Of a DNA stretch of 64,000 nt, positions 36,272 through 45,251 are shown piece by piece. Made by a program: the position numbers and the translations under genes. Under the pieces are notes generated by a model. That model searched no databases and had not been told where the DNA came from. It was given only the letters and a program-made list of their open reading frames with translations. Positions within the stretch are counted from its first letter, which is position 1. Every line of letters starts with the position of its first letter. Origin of the DNA: Escherichia phage vB_EcoM_PHB13; the sequence record MK573636; one strand, given 5' to 3'.

Positions 36272-37435
36272 ATGAGCGTATTTAATCGTGAACATGTTGA
36301 TATTATGAATGAACCGATGTTTCTGGGTAGTGGGTTGGGTATCGCTCGCTATGATATTCAGCGTCATCAAGTATTTGAAGAATTAATTGAAAAATCTCTG
36401 TCATTTTTCTGGCGTCCAGAAGAAATTTCACTCGCAACCGACCGTATTCAATATCTTAATATGTGTGACGTTGAAAAGCGTTTCTTTACCGAAAACTTGA
36501 AGTATCAGACATTACTTGATTCTATTCAAGGTCGCGCACCGTCCGCAGCATTTGGTCCAATTGTATCTGATCCGACTCTCGATACATGGTTGCAAACATG
36601 GACATTCAGCGAAACGATTCATAGCCGAAGCTATACACACATTATGCGTAACTGTTTCATTGATCCGGCTAGTGAGTTCGACCAGATCATCGATAACCCT
36701 GCTATCATGAAGCGAGCGGAATCTATCGGGCAATATTATGATGATGTTCTGGTGAAAATCCGTGAATACGAGGACGCTAAAGAAAGTTTTAGTCGTTCTT
36801 CTGAAAATGAATTTGACCTTGATGCATATTCTGATAGCATTTCGTACGTGGAAGAAACTAAACGCAATCTGATGGACTCACTCTATCTGTGTATGCATTG
36901 CGTTAATGCACTGGAAGCAATCCGTTTTTATGTGTCCTTTGCATGTACTTTCAGCTTTGCCGAACGTGGTTTACTGGAAGGTAACGCGAAGATCATGAAA
37001 TTTATTGCGCGTGATGAACAACTTCACTTAAAAGGAACACAATACATTATTCGTCAATGGCAAACGGGGGCTGATGGTGATGAGTGGAAACAGATTGCGG
37101 AAGAACTTGAAGACGAAGCAACGAAAATCTTTCTGGATGTTGTCGAGCAAGAAAAAGAATGGGTAGATCACTTATTCGCAATGGGGGCAATTCCTGGCTT
37201 GTCACCGGAAATTCTGAAAACCTATGTAGAATACCTGGCAGATTCCCGTATGCGTGCTGCCGGACTGAAAAGCCCGTTTAGTGTTCGTCGTCATCCGTTA
37301 CCGTGGATGCGTAAATGGTTGAACTCTGACGAAGTACAGAATGCAGCGCAGGAAGTAGAGATTATGTATCTGGTATCTCAGGTTAATACCGATTTAACAG
37401 ACGACGACTACAACCGATTCGGGAAATATCTATGA
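36272..37435 (+). CDS. nrdB: ribonucleotide reductase small subunit
   Basis: 387-aa ORF with di-iron/tyrosyl radical region motifs; size matches T4 NrdB (388 aa); no intron interruption. Confidence 0.9.
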   Translation: MSVFNREHVDIMNEPMFLGSGLGIARYDIQRHQVFEELIEKSLSFFWRPEEISLATDRIQYLNMCDVEKRFFTENLKYQTLLDSIQGRAPSAAFGPIVSDPTLDTWLQTWTFSETIHSRSYTHIMRNCFIDPASEFDQIIDNPAIMKRAESIGQYYDDVLVKIREYEDAKESFSRSSENEFDLDAYSDSISYVEETKRNLMDSLYLCMHCVNALEAIRFYVSFACTFSFAERGLLEGNAKIMKFIARDEQLHLKGTQYIIRQWQTGADGDEWKQIAEELEDEATKIFLDVVEQEKEWVDHLFAMGAIPGLSPEILKTYVEYLADSRMRAAGLKSPFSVRRHPLPWMRKWLNSDEVQNAAQEVEIMYLVSQVNTDLTDDDYNRFGKYL

Positions 37436-37908
37436 TATATTTTGTCGATTTAGATTTTACGATCACAGATCCAACGCATCGACTAGCAAAGATGCCAACC
37501 GAAAATCTTGATAAAGTCGAGTCGTGGATCGAATATAACAAGGCATGTGGGGGAGATTCCCCCATTTACGATGTAGTTCGTGTTATTAATGCTCTTTCCG
37601 ACAACGGGCATTTGATTTACATCCTCACCGGACGAAGTTCACATGCTTACATGGAAACAATTGATTGGTTAATTTCTAACGGGGTGTGTTTTGATAAAAT
37701 CTTTATGAGAGGCCGTACCGATTCCCGTAAAGACTATCACATCAAATTAGAGGTAATTAAATCCTTTGATAAAGATGAAGTTGTCGGAGTCTTTGAGGAT
37801 AACCCAGAAGTGATTAAAGTTTTGCGTGAAAATGGTTATCGTGTCTTTGACGTAGGAAATCACAAAGATAAGACGCGAGCGGATATTGCAAATCACGGTC
37901 ATGATTAA
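37432..37908 (+). CDS. HAD-superfamily phosphatase-like protein
   Basis: N-terminal FVDLDFTITD (DxDxT motif) and C-terminal GVFEDN are HAD motifs; occupies the position of T4 denA but shows no endonuclease II similarity. Confidence 0.55.
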   Translation: MIYFVDLDFTITDPTHRLAKMPTENLDKVESWIEYNKACGGDSPIYDVVRVINALSDNGHLIYILTGRSSHAYMETIDWLISNGVCFDKIFMRGRTDSRKDYHIKLEVIKSFDKDEVVGVFEDNPEVIKVLRENGYRVFDVGNHKDKTRADIANHGHD

Positions 37909-37918
37909 TGTTTGTTCA

Positions 37919-37946
37919 AAGTCGCCCATAGTGGCGACTTTTTTTG
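37919..37946 (+). terminator. rho-independent terminator
   Basis: Hairpin GTCGCC...GGCGAC followed by TTTTTTTGTT. Confidence 0.65.
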
Positions 37947-37956
37947 TTATTGGGTG

Positions 37957-37985
37957 TTGACAATCTGATCTTGCCATAGCATAAT
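37957..37985 (+). promoter_or_regulatory. sigma70-type early promoter
   Basis: TTGACA 37957-37962, 17-nt spacer, CATAAT 37980-37985, leader CACATCGAAACGGAGGAA. Confidence 0.55.
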
Positions 37986-38009
37986 ACGCACATCGAAACG
38001 GAGGAACAT

Positions 38010-38228
38010 ATGGAAACAGAAGAACAAGTCATTGCATATTTTCATCGTAAAAAGATGAAACTTAGAATCGAAAAGCAGTACATCAATCACTACATTGACC
38101 GAGTTCACTTAACAAGTACACCTTACCTATTCCGGTTGATAAACCCTAGAAAACGGTGGGAGAAGTTGGATAGAAACACAAAAATAATTGATAAGCTCAC
38201 CCAATGGTGGAATGAATACAACAAGTAA
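38010..38228 (+). CDS. hypothetical protein (72 aa)
   Basis: ORF after GGAGGAA RBS. Confidence 0.5.
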   Translation: METEEQVIAYFHRKKMKLRIEKQYINHYIDRVHLTSTPYLFRLINPRKRWEKLDRNTKIIDKLTQWWNEYNK

Positions 38229-38242
38229 AAAGTAAAAAGTAG

Positions 38243-38276
38243 TTGACACTGAATAACGGGGTAGTAAGATACTCCC
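38243..38276 (+). promoter_or_regulatory. early promoter with stem-loop (PeSL-like, GGGAGTA family variant)
   Basis: TTGACA 38243-38248, TAAGAT 38265-38270 within GGGGTAGTAAGATACTCCC. Confidence 0.55.
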
Positions 38277-38301
38277 ATCAAGAAAACAAAGGAGAATCAA
38301 A

Positions 38302-38520
38302 ATGAAATTTACTTGCACCGACTCTATCAACAAACACTTTGTAGTGGGCGAAGTATACGAATCTACTACCATTCGCCAGCGTGACCTGATGGGTCGCCTT
38401 TACAATCAGCCAGTATTCATTATTGGTGAAGAATTGTTCTACATTGAAAACCGTCCGTGGGTTGCTTTCAATAAACGAGGACGCAAGGTAGCAAAATTCG
38501 AACTTGTCATTAAAAAGTAG
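38302..38520 (+). CDS. hypothetical protein (72 aa)
   Basis: ORF after AGGAGAATCAAA-ATG. Confidence 0.55.
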   Translation: MKFTCTDSINKHFVVGEVYESTTIRQRDLMGRLYNQPVFIIGEELFYIENRPWVAFNKRGRKVAKFELVIKK

Positions 38521-38555
38521 TTGACAGCATGAAACGGGGGTAGTAATATACCCCC
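38521..38555 (+). promoter_or_regulatory. early promoter with stem-loop (PeSL-like)
   Basis: TTGACA 38521-38526, 17-nt spacer, TAATAT 38544-38549 in loop of GGGGGTA...TACCCCC. Confidence 0.6.
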
Positions 38556-38588
38556 CATCGAAACGAAATACACTTTAAGGAGAATCAA

Positions 38589-38738
38589 ATGAACAACTTT
38601 GACGCGGTACTGAAAATGGCAATCGAAACTTACGCGGAGATCTCCGGCGAGAAAGTAGAGGACATTATCAAAGAATGTCAGAACTTTGAAAGCCAGACAG
38701 CCAAGAATGTTCAAATGTTGATGTTTGCGGTTGCATAA
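38589..38738 (+). CDS. hypothetical protein (49 aa)
   Basis: MNNFDAVLKMAIETYAEISGEK... after AAGGAGAATCAA-ATG; not in the ORF track. Confidence 0.45.
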   Translation: MNNFDAVLKMAIETYAEISGEKVEDIIKECQNFESQTAKNVQMLMFAVA

Positions 38739-38746
38739 AAAAGCAG

Positions 38747-38781
38747 TTGACAGCATATCACGGGAGTAGTAAGATACTCCC
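38747..38781 (+). promoter_or_regulatory. early promoter with stem-loop (PeSL-like, GGGAGTA family)
   Basis: TTGACA 38747-38752, 17-nt spacer, TAAGAT 38770-38775 within GGGAGTAGTAAGATACTCCC. Confidence 0.6.
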
Positions 38782-38808
38782 ATACCAAAACAACTAAGGA
38801 GTATCAAG

Positions 38809-39207
38809 ATGATTAAATTTCAAACTCGCAAAGACGTTCTGGACTTCGTTAAAGTTTTCGGTTACGCTGCATTGCAACATGCAATGGACAAAATGACCAT
38901 CTCCCCAGATCAGACTATGCTGATCCGTATGGTTAAAGCAACCGCCTACAAAAACGACATTACCCTCTCAGAAATCAACGACGGTAATACTGTCCGCGAG
39001 GTAATTGTTTCTTTCGAATCACCGAAAATTGGCGGTTTTCATACCACGATGTTAGGTGAAATCACTGTCACTGTATACGGGCAAGGTGGCGGAGTGTTTA
39101 CCGTCAAAGAAGCAATGGAAAATGGAACGCTGAACAAAGAAAAACTGGAATTTGTCCTGAAAATCATCAAGGAGCGTAACGAAGCTCGCGATATTCTGGA
39201 AAGTTAA
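38809..39207 (+). CDS. hypothetical protein (132 aa)
   Basis: ORF after TAAGGAGTATCAAG-ATG. Confidence 0.55.
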   Translation: MIKFQTRKDVLDFVKVFGYAALQHAMDKMTISPDQTMLIRMVKATAYKNDITLSEINDGNTVREVIVSFESPKIGGFHTTMLGEITVTVYGQGGGVFTVKEAMENGTLNKEKLEFVLKIIKERNEARDILES

Positions 39208-39213
39208 TAAGGT

Positions 39214-39240
39214 GGGCGGGAGAAATCCCGCCTTTGTTGT
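39214..39240 (+). terminator. rho-independent terminator
   Basis: Hairpin GGGCGGGA-GAAA-TCCCGCC followed by TTTGTTGT. Confidence 0.6.
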
Positions 39241-39257
39241 GACGTGAGGAAAGGATA

Positions 39258-39719
39258 ATGATTAATGAGCTAATAGAAAACTATGGATTCGTTAAATATT
39301 CATGTTTAGAGTGTAAAGATGGTGATGTGATTCTACCGCCTCAGAAGAACCGTTTAAATGTTCTTTATGCTATTGTGGTTGATGATGAACTGGTATACAT
39401 TGGTCAGACTGTCAATCTCAGAAAGCGGATCAATTATTACCGGACTAGCATTAACAGACAAACACCAACAGCGGATACTCGCAAGAGTAAGAATATTCAT
39501 AAGGCGCTAGAGGAAGGGAAGACAGTAACATTCTATTACCGCCAGTGCTTTGAGTTATATATTGAGAATCCAACGGGTAAAGATATTATAAGCACTGCCG
39601 ATATCGAAGAACCTGTTTTGATCACCAAATTTAAACCAGAATGGAACACAAATTATGTCAACAAAAGAAAACAACAAAAAAGTTTTAGCATTGTTCAAAA
39701 ATCTGATGGCACTATGTGA
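39258..39719 (+). CDS. GIY-YIG nuclease domain protein (153 aa)
   Basis: VLYAIVVDDELVYIGQTVNLRKRINYY matches the GIY...YIG...R motif; possibly a seg-like endonuclease. Confidence 0.55.
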   Translation: MINELIENYGFVKYSCLECKDGDVILPPQKNRLNVLYAIVVDDELVYIGQTVNLRKRINYYRTSINRQTPTADTRKSKNIHKALEEGKTVTFYYRQCFELYIENPTGKDIISTADIEEPVLITKFKPEWNTNYVNKRKQQKSFSIVQKSDGTM

Positions 39720-40824
39720 CGGATCTGATACGTTCTATTACAAAGATGAAATTACGGCGATGCAAACCCGTATGCGCATTTTTAGCTATCTGTACTTGAG
39801 CAAACCGGAAATGTGGAATAAACCAGATGCGTTAGAGTGTCGCGGGATCATGTTTGAAATTGACGATAAAGGTCGTCCGGTCCGCATCGCATCTCGTCCT
39901 ATGGAGAAGTTTTTTAATTTGGGTGAGAATGATCGCGCTCGCTTTAAGCCGGAAGATGTGGAAATGGTCATGGACAAAATGGACGGTAGTCTAGTAAGCA
40001 CATACATTGATAACGGCTATGTTCAGTTGAAGTCTAAAGCGGCCTTGTACTCAAGCCAGGCAGAGAGAGCAAACGGTCTTCTGTATTCAGAGAAGTATGC
40101 GGATCTACGAGCTAAGATCGCTGATATTGGGTCTGATTATACTTTCAACTTTGAATATACAGCACCCAGCAACCGAATTGTTGTAGAATATTCTGAACCG
40201 TCGCTAACACTTCTGAATGTACGCCATAACGTCACAGGAGAATACGTACCGCATCAAATGCTATTTGCTGACGCAATCCTACGTTCTCATCTGGTAAATG
40301 CGTTACAGGTTGATTCAGCGCGTTTTAGTAATATTCTTGATGAAGTTCGGACCGCAGAAGGTATCGAAGGAATTGTTGCACGCACTAAAGACGGTCAAAT
40401 GTTCAAGGTGAAGAGTGAATGGTATATTGGTGTGCATAACATTAAAAACACATCGATGTTTCCTAATAACCTGATCTACTATGTCGTAGAAAGCGAAACC
40501 GATGATTTGCGTGCTGCATATGAAGGCGAACCGGAAGCACTGGAACGAATCGAGCTATTCGAGGAAGCATTCAGGTCTATTCTTCGCAATGCCTTCACGA
40601 CAGCAACAGAATTTTATAACGCACACGCGGGAGAAGACAGAAAGACATATGCATCCAATGCGACTATCGAATCACGTAAACATGGTGACGCACAAGCATA
40701 TATTTTCATGTGTCTGATGATTGCATTTGATGGTCTTGATTATGACCGTATTCTGGCTTCAATGAAAACCTACTATCTACGGAATTATAAGAAACTGATT
40801 CCGGCTGATAAGATTGATTGGTAA
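39655..40824 (+). CDS. rnlA: RNA ligase 1
   Basis: ...DALECRGIMFEIDDKGRPVRIASRPMEKFFNLGEN...DGSLVSTY...FEYTAPSNRIV...KDGQMFKVKSEWY...GEDRKTYA...NYKKLIP matches T4 RnlA; start uncertain (overlaps the previous ORF). Confidence 0.85.
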   Translation: MSTKENNKKVLALFKNLMALCDGSDTFYYKDEITAMQTRMRIFSYLYLSKPEMWNKPDALECRGIMFEIDDKGRPVRIASRPMEKFFNLGENDRARFKPEDVEMVMDKMDGSLVSTYIDNGYVQLKSKAALYSSQAERANGLLYSEKYADLRAKIADIGSDYTFNFEYTAPSNRIVVEYSEPSLTLLNVRHNVTGEYVPHQMLFADAILRSHLVNALQVDSARFSNILDEVRTAEGIEGIVARTKDGQMFKVKSEWYIGVHNIKNTSMFPNNLIYYVVESETDDLRAAYEGEPEALERIELFEEAFRSILRNAFTTATEFYNAHAGEDRKTYASNATIESRKHGDAQAYIFMCLMIAFDGLDYDRILASMKTYYLRNYKKLIPADKIDW

Positions 40825-40830
40825 TAATAA

Positions 40831-40856
40831 GCGGGGCTTGCCCCGCCTTTTGTCGT
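40831..40856 (+). terminator. rho-independent terminator
   Basis: Hairpin GCGGGG-CTTG-CCCCGC followed by CTTTTGTCGTT. Confidence 0.6.
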
Positions 40857-40866
40857 TGGGGGTAAT

Positions 40867-41190
40867 ATGTCAAAACTGATATACATTGTTATCATATCTG
40901 TGTTGCTGGGGGTAGGTGGCAATATGTGGTGGGAAAATAAAAAGGAGGTAGATCGACTGAATCAGGAATTTACAGAGTATAAGAAAAAGACAGATGAGAA
41001 GATGAAGATTGTAGACTCACTACAAAAGGAGATGTACGGAATAAGAACTAAGTTTGCAGAAGAACAAAACAAAGCAATGAAAGACGCTACACGAGGCTAT
41101 GTAGTAGCACAAAAACCCAAGTTGGTAGAGAAACAGCTTAATGATTCATTTAAGGAGTTTACCGAAGAATTAAAGGAGGCTACTAAATGA
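40867..41190 (+). CDS. putative i-spanin (107 aa)
   Basis: N-terminal TM helix (LIYIVIISVLLGVGG) then charged coiled-coil region; next to pseT like the T4 i-spanin PseT.3. Confidence 0.5.
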   Translation: MSKLIYIVIISVLLGVGGNMWWENKKEVDRLNQEFTEYKKKTDEKMKIVDSLQKEMYGIRTKFAEEQNKAMKDATRGYVVAQKPKLVEKQLNDSFKEFTEELKEATK

Positions 41191-41306
41191 GCATAGAAAT
41201 ATTGCCTACACAAGAGCAGATAAGCAATTTTAATCTGGTTGATTATCTGTGGATAGGTGCAAGCATTATTATCCTGATGGTGTTTTCAATTTTCGTGATA
41301 CACTGG

Positions 41307-41639
41307 ATGTTTAAGAAAGCACATAAGAATTTTCAGACCGCCATAATCCATGTCTTCGCTGTGCCTATTGTATTTGCTCTTTCTTCGTGTACAATGGACC
41401 ATTATTCACAGGAACCGAAATTACATCCTCCACTACCAGCACCAATAGAAAAAGTTGACATTGACCTGAATGTGGATACAATAGACGGTAAGCCTAGAGT
41501 TTCTATGTCGTGGGAGGACTCCCAAAAATTTAGAGTCTGGTTGGCTGATATTAAGAGATATACACTTGAAAGTAAGTTGATCCTGTGTTATTATCGCAAA
41601 GAACTCAATGAGGAACGGTGTAAACCGAAGGAGAAATAA
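41307..41639 (+). CDS. putative o-spanin lipoprotein
   Basis: From ATG 41307: signal peptide MFKKAHKNFQTAIIHVFAVPIVFALSSC with lipobox LSSC; the ORF track starts earlier at 41187. Confidence 0.45.
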   Translation: MFKKAHKNFQTAIIHVFAVPIVFALSSCTMDHYSQEPKLHPPLPAPIEKVDIDLNVDTIDGKPRVSMSWEDSQKFRVWLADIKRYTLESKLILCYYRKELNEERCKPKEK

Positions 41640-42517
41640 TGCCGAAATGTGAAGTGATTTTAACCGTTGGTTGTTCTGGGTCCGGTAAAACTACATGGGC
41701 TATGGAAACGTGTAAACGGTTTAGTAATTATCGTAATGTGAATCGTGATGATCTTCGTCTTATGTTGTTTGGTGTTGACTCACCTTTGAAATACAAATAT
41801 ACTAAGGAAAAGGAAAAGCTGGTAGAGTCTATTCAGAGAATGATTGCTCGCGAGACTCTATCACGCGGATTAAGTATCATTATCTCTGATACTAACCTGA
41901 AAGAAAAACATCGTGTATTCTACAAAGAACTTGCAAAAGAATTTAACGCGGTGTATACTGAACAAGTGTTCAATGAATCATTTGAGACACTAAAGAAACG
42001 TAATTTCTATCGCGGCGAGAAAGCAATTCCACTTTCTCATTTGCGCAACCAATTTTATCTGATGCAGGAATATATGGGTCAAGAAGTATACAATCCGAAT
42101 ACCATGCTGCCGAAGGCAGTGATCTTTGATATTGATGGAACATTAGCGGATAAGGGCGGTCGTCATCCGTTTGACTGGACAAAGGTCAAAGAAGATAAAC
42201 CACGTCCGCAAGTGATCGAAATGCTTAAACTGTATCGTGATAATGGCTATCGTATCATTACATGCTCAGGGCGTGAGGATGTTTGCGAAGAAGATACTCT
42301 GCAATGGTTGCGTGAACAGGGTATTGAACCGAGTGATCACTTTCAACGTGAAACTAATGATCGTCGTCCTGATCATGAAGTGAAGAAAGAGATTTTCTTC
42401 TCTGAAATTGCACCGCGTTATCATGTTGTGTTGGCAGTAGATGATCGTGATCAAGTGGTTGACATGTACCGCTCAATTGGTGTAGAATGTTTTCAGGTTA
42501 ACTACGGAGACTTTTAA
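41639..42517 (+). CDS. pseT: polynucleotide kinase / 3'-phosphatase
   Basis: Walker A ILTVGCSGSGKTTWA plus HAD motif AVIFDIDGTLA and C-terminus ...IGVECFQVNYGDF match T4 PseT. Confidence 0.9.
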   Translation: MPKCEVILTVGCSGSGKTTWAMETCKRFSNYRNVNRDDLRLMLFGVDSPLKYKYTKEKEKLVESIQRMIARETLSRGLSIIISDTNLKEKHRVFYKELAKEFNAVYTEQVFNESFETLKKRNFYRGEKAIPLSHLRNQFYLMQEYMGQEVYNPNTMLPKAVIFDIDGTLADKGGRHPFDWTKVKEDKPRPQVIEMLKLYRDNGYRIITCSGREDVCEEDTLQWLREQGIEPSDHFQRETNDRRPDHEVKKEIFFSEIAPRYHVVLAVDDRDQVVDMYRSIGVECFQVNYGDF

Positions 42518-42720
42518 TGTTTACCGATAAAATCAAGCAATTAGGCGAAGCACTTGCTAAACGTGGTTTTAGTGTTGATATTGAACCAGCGCCAGTTATG
42601 CCGTTTAGCGATGAACGTCGTAGTTTATATGTCATCATGAGAAATAATCATGGTGTGAATACATTCAATGTAAAACAGTATAGCGACGGATCAGTAGAAT
42701 ACTTTCGCGTATACGGTTAA
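42517..42720 (+). CDS. hypothetical protein (67 aa)
   Basis: ORF overlapping the pseT stop (TAATG). Confidence 0.5.
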   Translation: MFTDKIKQLGEALAKRGFSVDIEPAPVMPFSDERRSLYVIMRNNHGVNTFNVKQYSDGSVEYFRVYG

Positions 42721-42741
42721 TTAATATGTGAGTATTATATT

Positions 42742-43248
42742 ATGTTGTCACAAACTTACATGCAGATCGCCTATCTAATCGCAAAGAACTCTAAATGCGT
42801 TTCGTGGAAGGTAGGCGCACTGATCGAAAAAGACGGGCGAATCATTTCTACTGGATTTAACGGCACTCCAGCAGGGCAAGTAAATTGTATCTGTCATGCA
42901 CATAAAAGCGGTTGGCTGGATGATGACGGCAAAATGATCTCAGAAAAACGACCAGAGCATAGTGCATGGTCACAGAAAAACGAGATCCACGCTGAATTAA
43001 ATGCTATTTTGTTTGCTGCCCGTAGCGGTGTATCGATTGAAGGCGCTAGTATGTGGTGTACTGCTTCACCGTGTCCAGATTGCGCTAAAGCAATTGCAAA
43101 CAGTGGAATTAAACATTTATACTATTGCGACACATATGATCGAAATGGTGGGCGTGATTGGGCTGATATTCTGAATAATGCAGATATTACGATCACGCGT
43201 ATTCCAAAAGCATTATTGACTGATTTGAAGGGTATTGATAATGACTGA
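42742..43248 (+). CDS. cd: dCMP deaminase
   Basis: HAELNAILFAA...C.ASPCPDCAKAI are cytidine/dCMP deaminase zinc motifs; position as in T4. Confidence 0.85.
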   Translation: MLSQTYMQIAYLIAKNSKCVSWKVGALIEKDGRIISTGFNGTPAGQVNCICHAHKSGWLDDDGKMISEKRPEHSAWSQKNEIHAELNAILFAARSGVSIEGASMWCTASPCPDCAKAIANSGIKHLYYCDTYDRNGGRDWADILNNADITITRIPKALLTDLKGIDND

Positions 43249-43561
43249 ACAAGTTGATAATATCGCACTTCGTGAAGCACTAAAGAAAATGTTTTCGGTC
43301 GGTACTCACTCTTTGCAGTTTACTAAGAAAGATGGTACTGTCCGTGAGATGATCGCCACGCGAGATCCGGCACTGATGCCATTTGAAACATACGAAAAAT
43401 GGTTAGTTCCTAATGTTGAAAAACCGCGTAAAGAATCAGAAACATCTTTGCCAGTATATGAAATTGCAGTTGAAGGTTTCCGTAGTTTTGGGCTTGATAG
43501 TCTGATTAATGTAGACGGGCTGACTCCAGCGCAGATCGTCGAAATTTACGGTGGCAGTTGA
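43235..43561 (+). CDS. hypothetical protein (108 aa)
   Basis: ORF overlapping the cd stop. Confidence 0.5.
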   Translation: MIMTEQVDNIALREALKKMFSVGTHSLQFTKKDGTVREMIATRDPALMPFETYEKWLVPNVEKPRKESETSLPVYEIAVEGFRSFGLDSLINVDGLTPAQIVEIYGGS

Positions 43562-43563
43562 CA

Positions 43564-44175
43564 ATGGAAACAAAAGATGATAATATCGTATTACCAGCGC
43601 CGGAAGAATGGAGACAAGCTGTAGGTTATCCGTGGTATGAAATCTCTAATTATGGTAGATTGAGATCTATTGACCGAAGTATCGAATTTTATAGAGAAGT
43701 TTCTCCCGGTAATATTAAGCTCGTAAAACAAAAACGTGCTGGTAAAATAATAAAACCAATTTTAGACCGATATGGATATTATTATTCAACATTGTCAAAA
43801 CAAAAAGACAATGGTAAAATCTCAGTTAAAGCCGAAAAGATACATCGACTTGTAGCAAATGCATTTCTAGGAGACGTTACCGGACTTGAGGTTAATCACA
43901 TCAATGGTGTAAAAACCTGCAATTATGTGTGGAATCTAGAAATAGTAACCTTACTAGAAAATATGAGACATTCATTTAGAACTGGACTCAATAACAATGT
44001 CGGTGAAAACCACTCACGGGCAAAACTGACAAATGCGCAAGTCGAAGAAATAATGCGGCTTAAAGGAAAAGTTAAGAAGCAAATTATAGCTGATATGTTT
44101 AATGTTTCTTATTGTTGTATAGCGCAAATACATTCCGGTCTGCGGAGAAATCCAAAGGTCGCGAAATATAAATAA
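43564..44175 (+). CDS. HNH homing endonuclease-like protein with C-terminal HTH
   Basis: YPWYEISNYGRLRS (NUMOD4-like), HRLVANAF...VNHINGVKTCNYVWNLE (HNH) and a C-terminal HTH-like region. Confidence 0.7.
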   Translation: METKDDNIVLPAPEEWRQAVGYPWYEISNYGRLRSIDRSIEFYREVSPGNIKLVKQKRAGKIIKPILDRYGYYYSTLSKQKDNGKISVKAEKIHRLVANAFLGDVTGLEVNHINGVKTCNYVWNLEIVTLLENMRHSFRTGLNNNVGENHSRAKLTNAQVEEIMRLKGKVKKQIIADMFNVSYCCIAQIHSGLRRNPKVAKYK

Positions 44176-44211
44176 TTTACTATTGAGATGAATTGAAGAG
44201 GTAAGAAAATT

Positions 44212-44535
44212 ATGACCGTTAAAACTCCTAAAGCACTTGGTGACTATGTGATCATTGAAGCTAAAGCGGAAAGCGCAGGGACCGAAGTAAAGAGCGATTT
44301 TGGTATTATCATCGAGCAAAAACGAACTATGGGAGAGATTCCTTTAGTCGGTAAGATTATTGATATCGGTGATAACGTTGATAAAGAATTGCTGGGCAAG
44401 ACTGTATTGCTTCCTCATGGGAAACTTAATAAAGTTCCTCATCCAGACGTTATTAACGGCGTTAAGAAGGAAGAAGAGATCGACCTGAAATGGACTGTAA
44501 CGCACAAACAGAATATTGTGGTAGTTTACGGTTAA
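44212..44535 (+). CDS. 31: co-chaperonin gp31 (GroES-like)
   Basis: ...LGDYVIIEAKAESAGTE...GIIIEQKRTMGEIP...NKVPHP matches T4 gp31 in size and motifs. Confidence 0.8.
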   Translation: MTVKTPKALGDYVIIEAKAESAGTEVKSDFGIIIEQKRTMGEIPLVGKIIDIGDNVDKELLGKTVLLPHGKLNKVPHPDVINGVKKEEEIDLKWTVTHKQNIVVVYG

Positions 44536-44546
44536 TGATTTTAAAC

Positions 44547-44574
44547 GGCGGGAAATAATCCCGCCTATATTTTG
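44547..44574 (+). terminator. rho-independent terminator after gene 31
   Basis: Hairpin GGCGGGA-AATAA-TCCCGCC followed by TATATTTTGG. Confidence 0.6.
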
Positions 44575-44617
44575 GCTATATGATTTTGTAAGTTATTGAT
44601 TATTAAGGAATTTTATT

Positions 44618-44782
44618 ATGAAAACTATGAATGTAAACATCCACGAAATCCATACCGAAGTATTCACCGAAGAAGACCAGTTTGGTGTATGGGTAAATCC
44701 TCATTCGATTACTATCGATATTCCTAATGACGATTATGATCCGTTCTCTCTGATTAGCGAGATTAGTTTCAATGACTTCTGA
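44618..44782 (+). CDS. hypothetical protein (54 aa)
   Basis: MKTMNVNIHEIHTEVFTEEDQF...; not in the ORF track. Confidence 0.4.
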   Translation: MKTMNVNIHEIHTEVFTEEDQFGVWVNPHSITIDIPNDDYDPFSLISEISFNDF

Positions 44783-45251
44783 AATTGATATCTATGCGGG
44801 TGGACCTTATCCATCGGGTGAATTGAGTAATTTCAATAAAAGACCATTCCGTCTATTTGGTTGCGATATTAACAGCACAGAAGGATTTTTACAGGGGCTA
44901 AGATTTAAGAACCCTCAGAGACAAAGAGAAATCTTTTTGATGCATGGTGGCAAAGCAAAAAGAACCGGAAGAACTGAAAAGATTGAGAATCACATGTTAT
45001 ATTTTCAGGGTCGCCCGATTCATCGAATGAGTGAGCATTATTACAAACTGGTACATCTGGCATTTGTTACGATGGCACGGAATAACCCAGAATTTTGTAA
45101 AGCATTACTCTCGACCGGAAATAAGAAATTACGTCATAGTATAGGTGGAACTGATCCGTTAAAGACTATATTGACTGAATCGGAATTTTGTAGTATCCTC
45201 AATGATATTCGTGAACGTTTAACAAAACGAGGTGAAAATGTCAATTCTTAA
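44772..45251 (+). CDS. NADAR-like (YbiA/DUF1768-like) protein
   Basis: GELSNFNKRPFRLFGCDINSTEGFLQGLRF resembles the NADAR signature (...SNF...F...G..F.S.EH.YQA.KF); tentative. Confidence 0.45.
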   Translation: MTSEIDIYAGGPYPSGELSNFNKRPFRLFGCDINSTEGFLQGLRFKNPQRQREIFLMHGGKAKRTGRTEKIENHMLYFQGRPIHRMSEHYYKLVHLAFVTMARNNPEFCKALLSTGNKKLRHSIGGTDPLKTILTESEFCSILNDIRERLTKRGENVNS

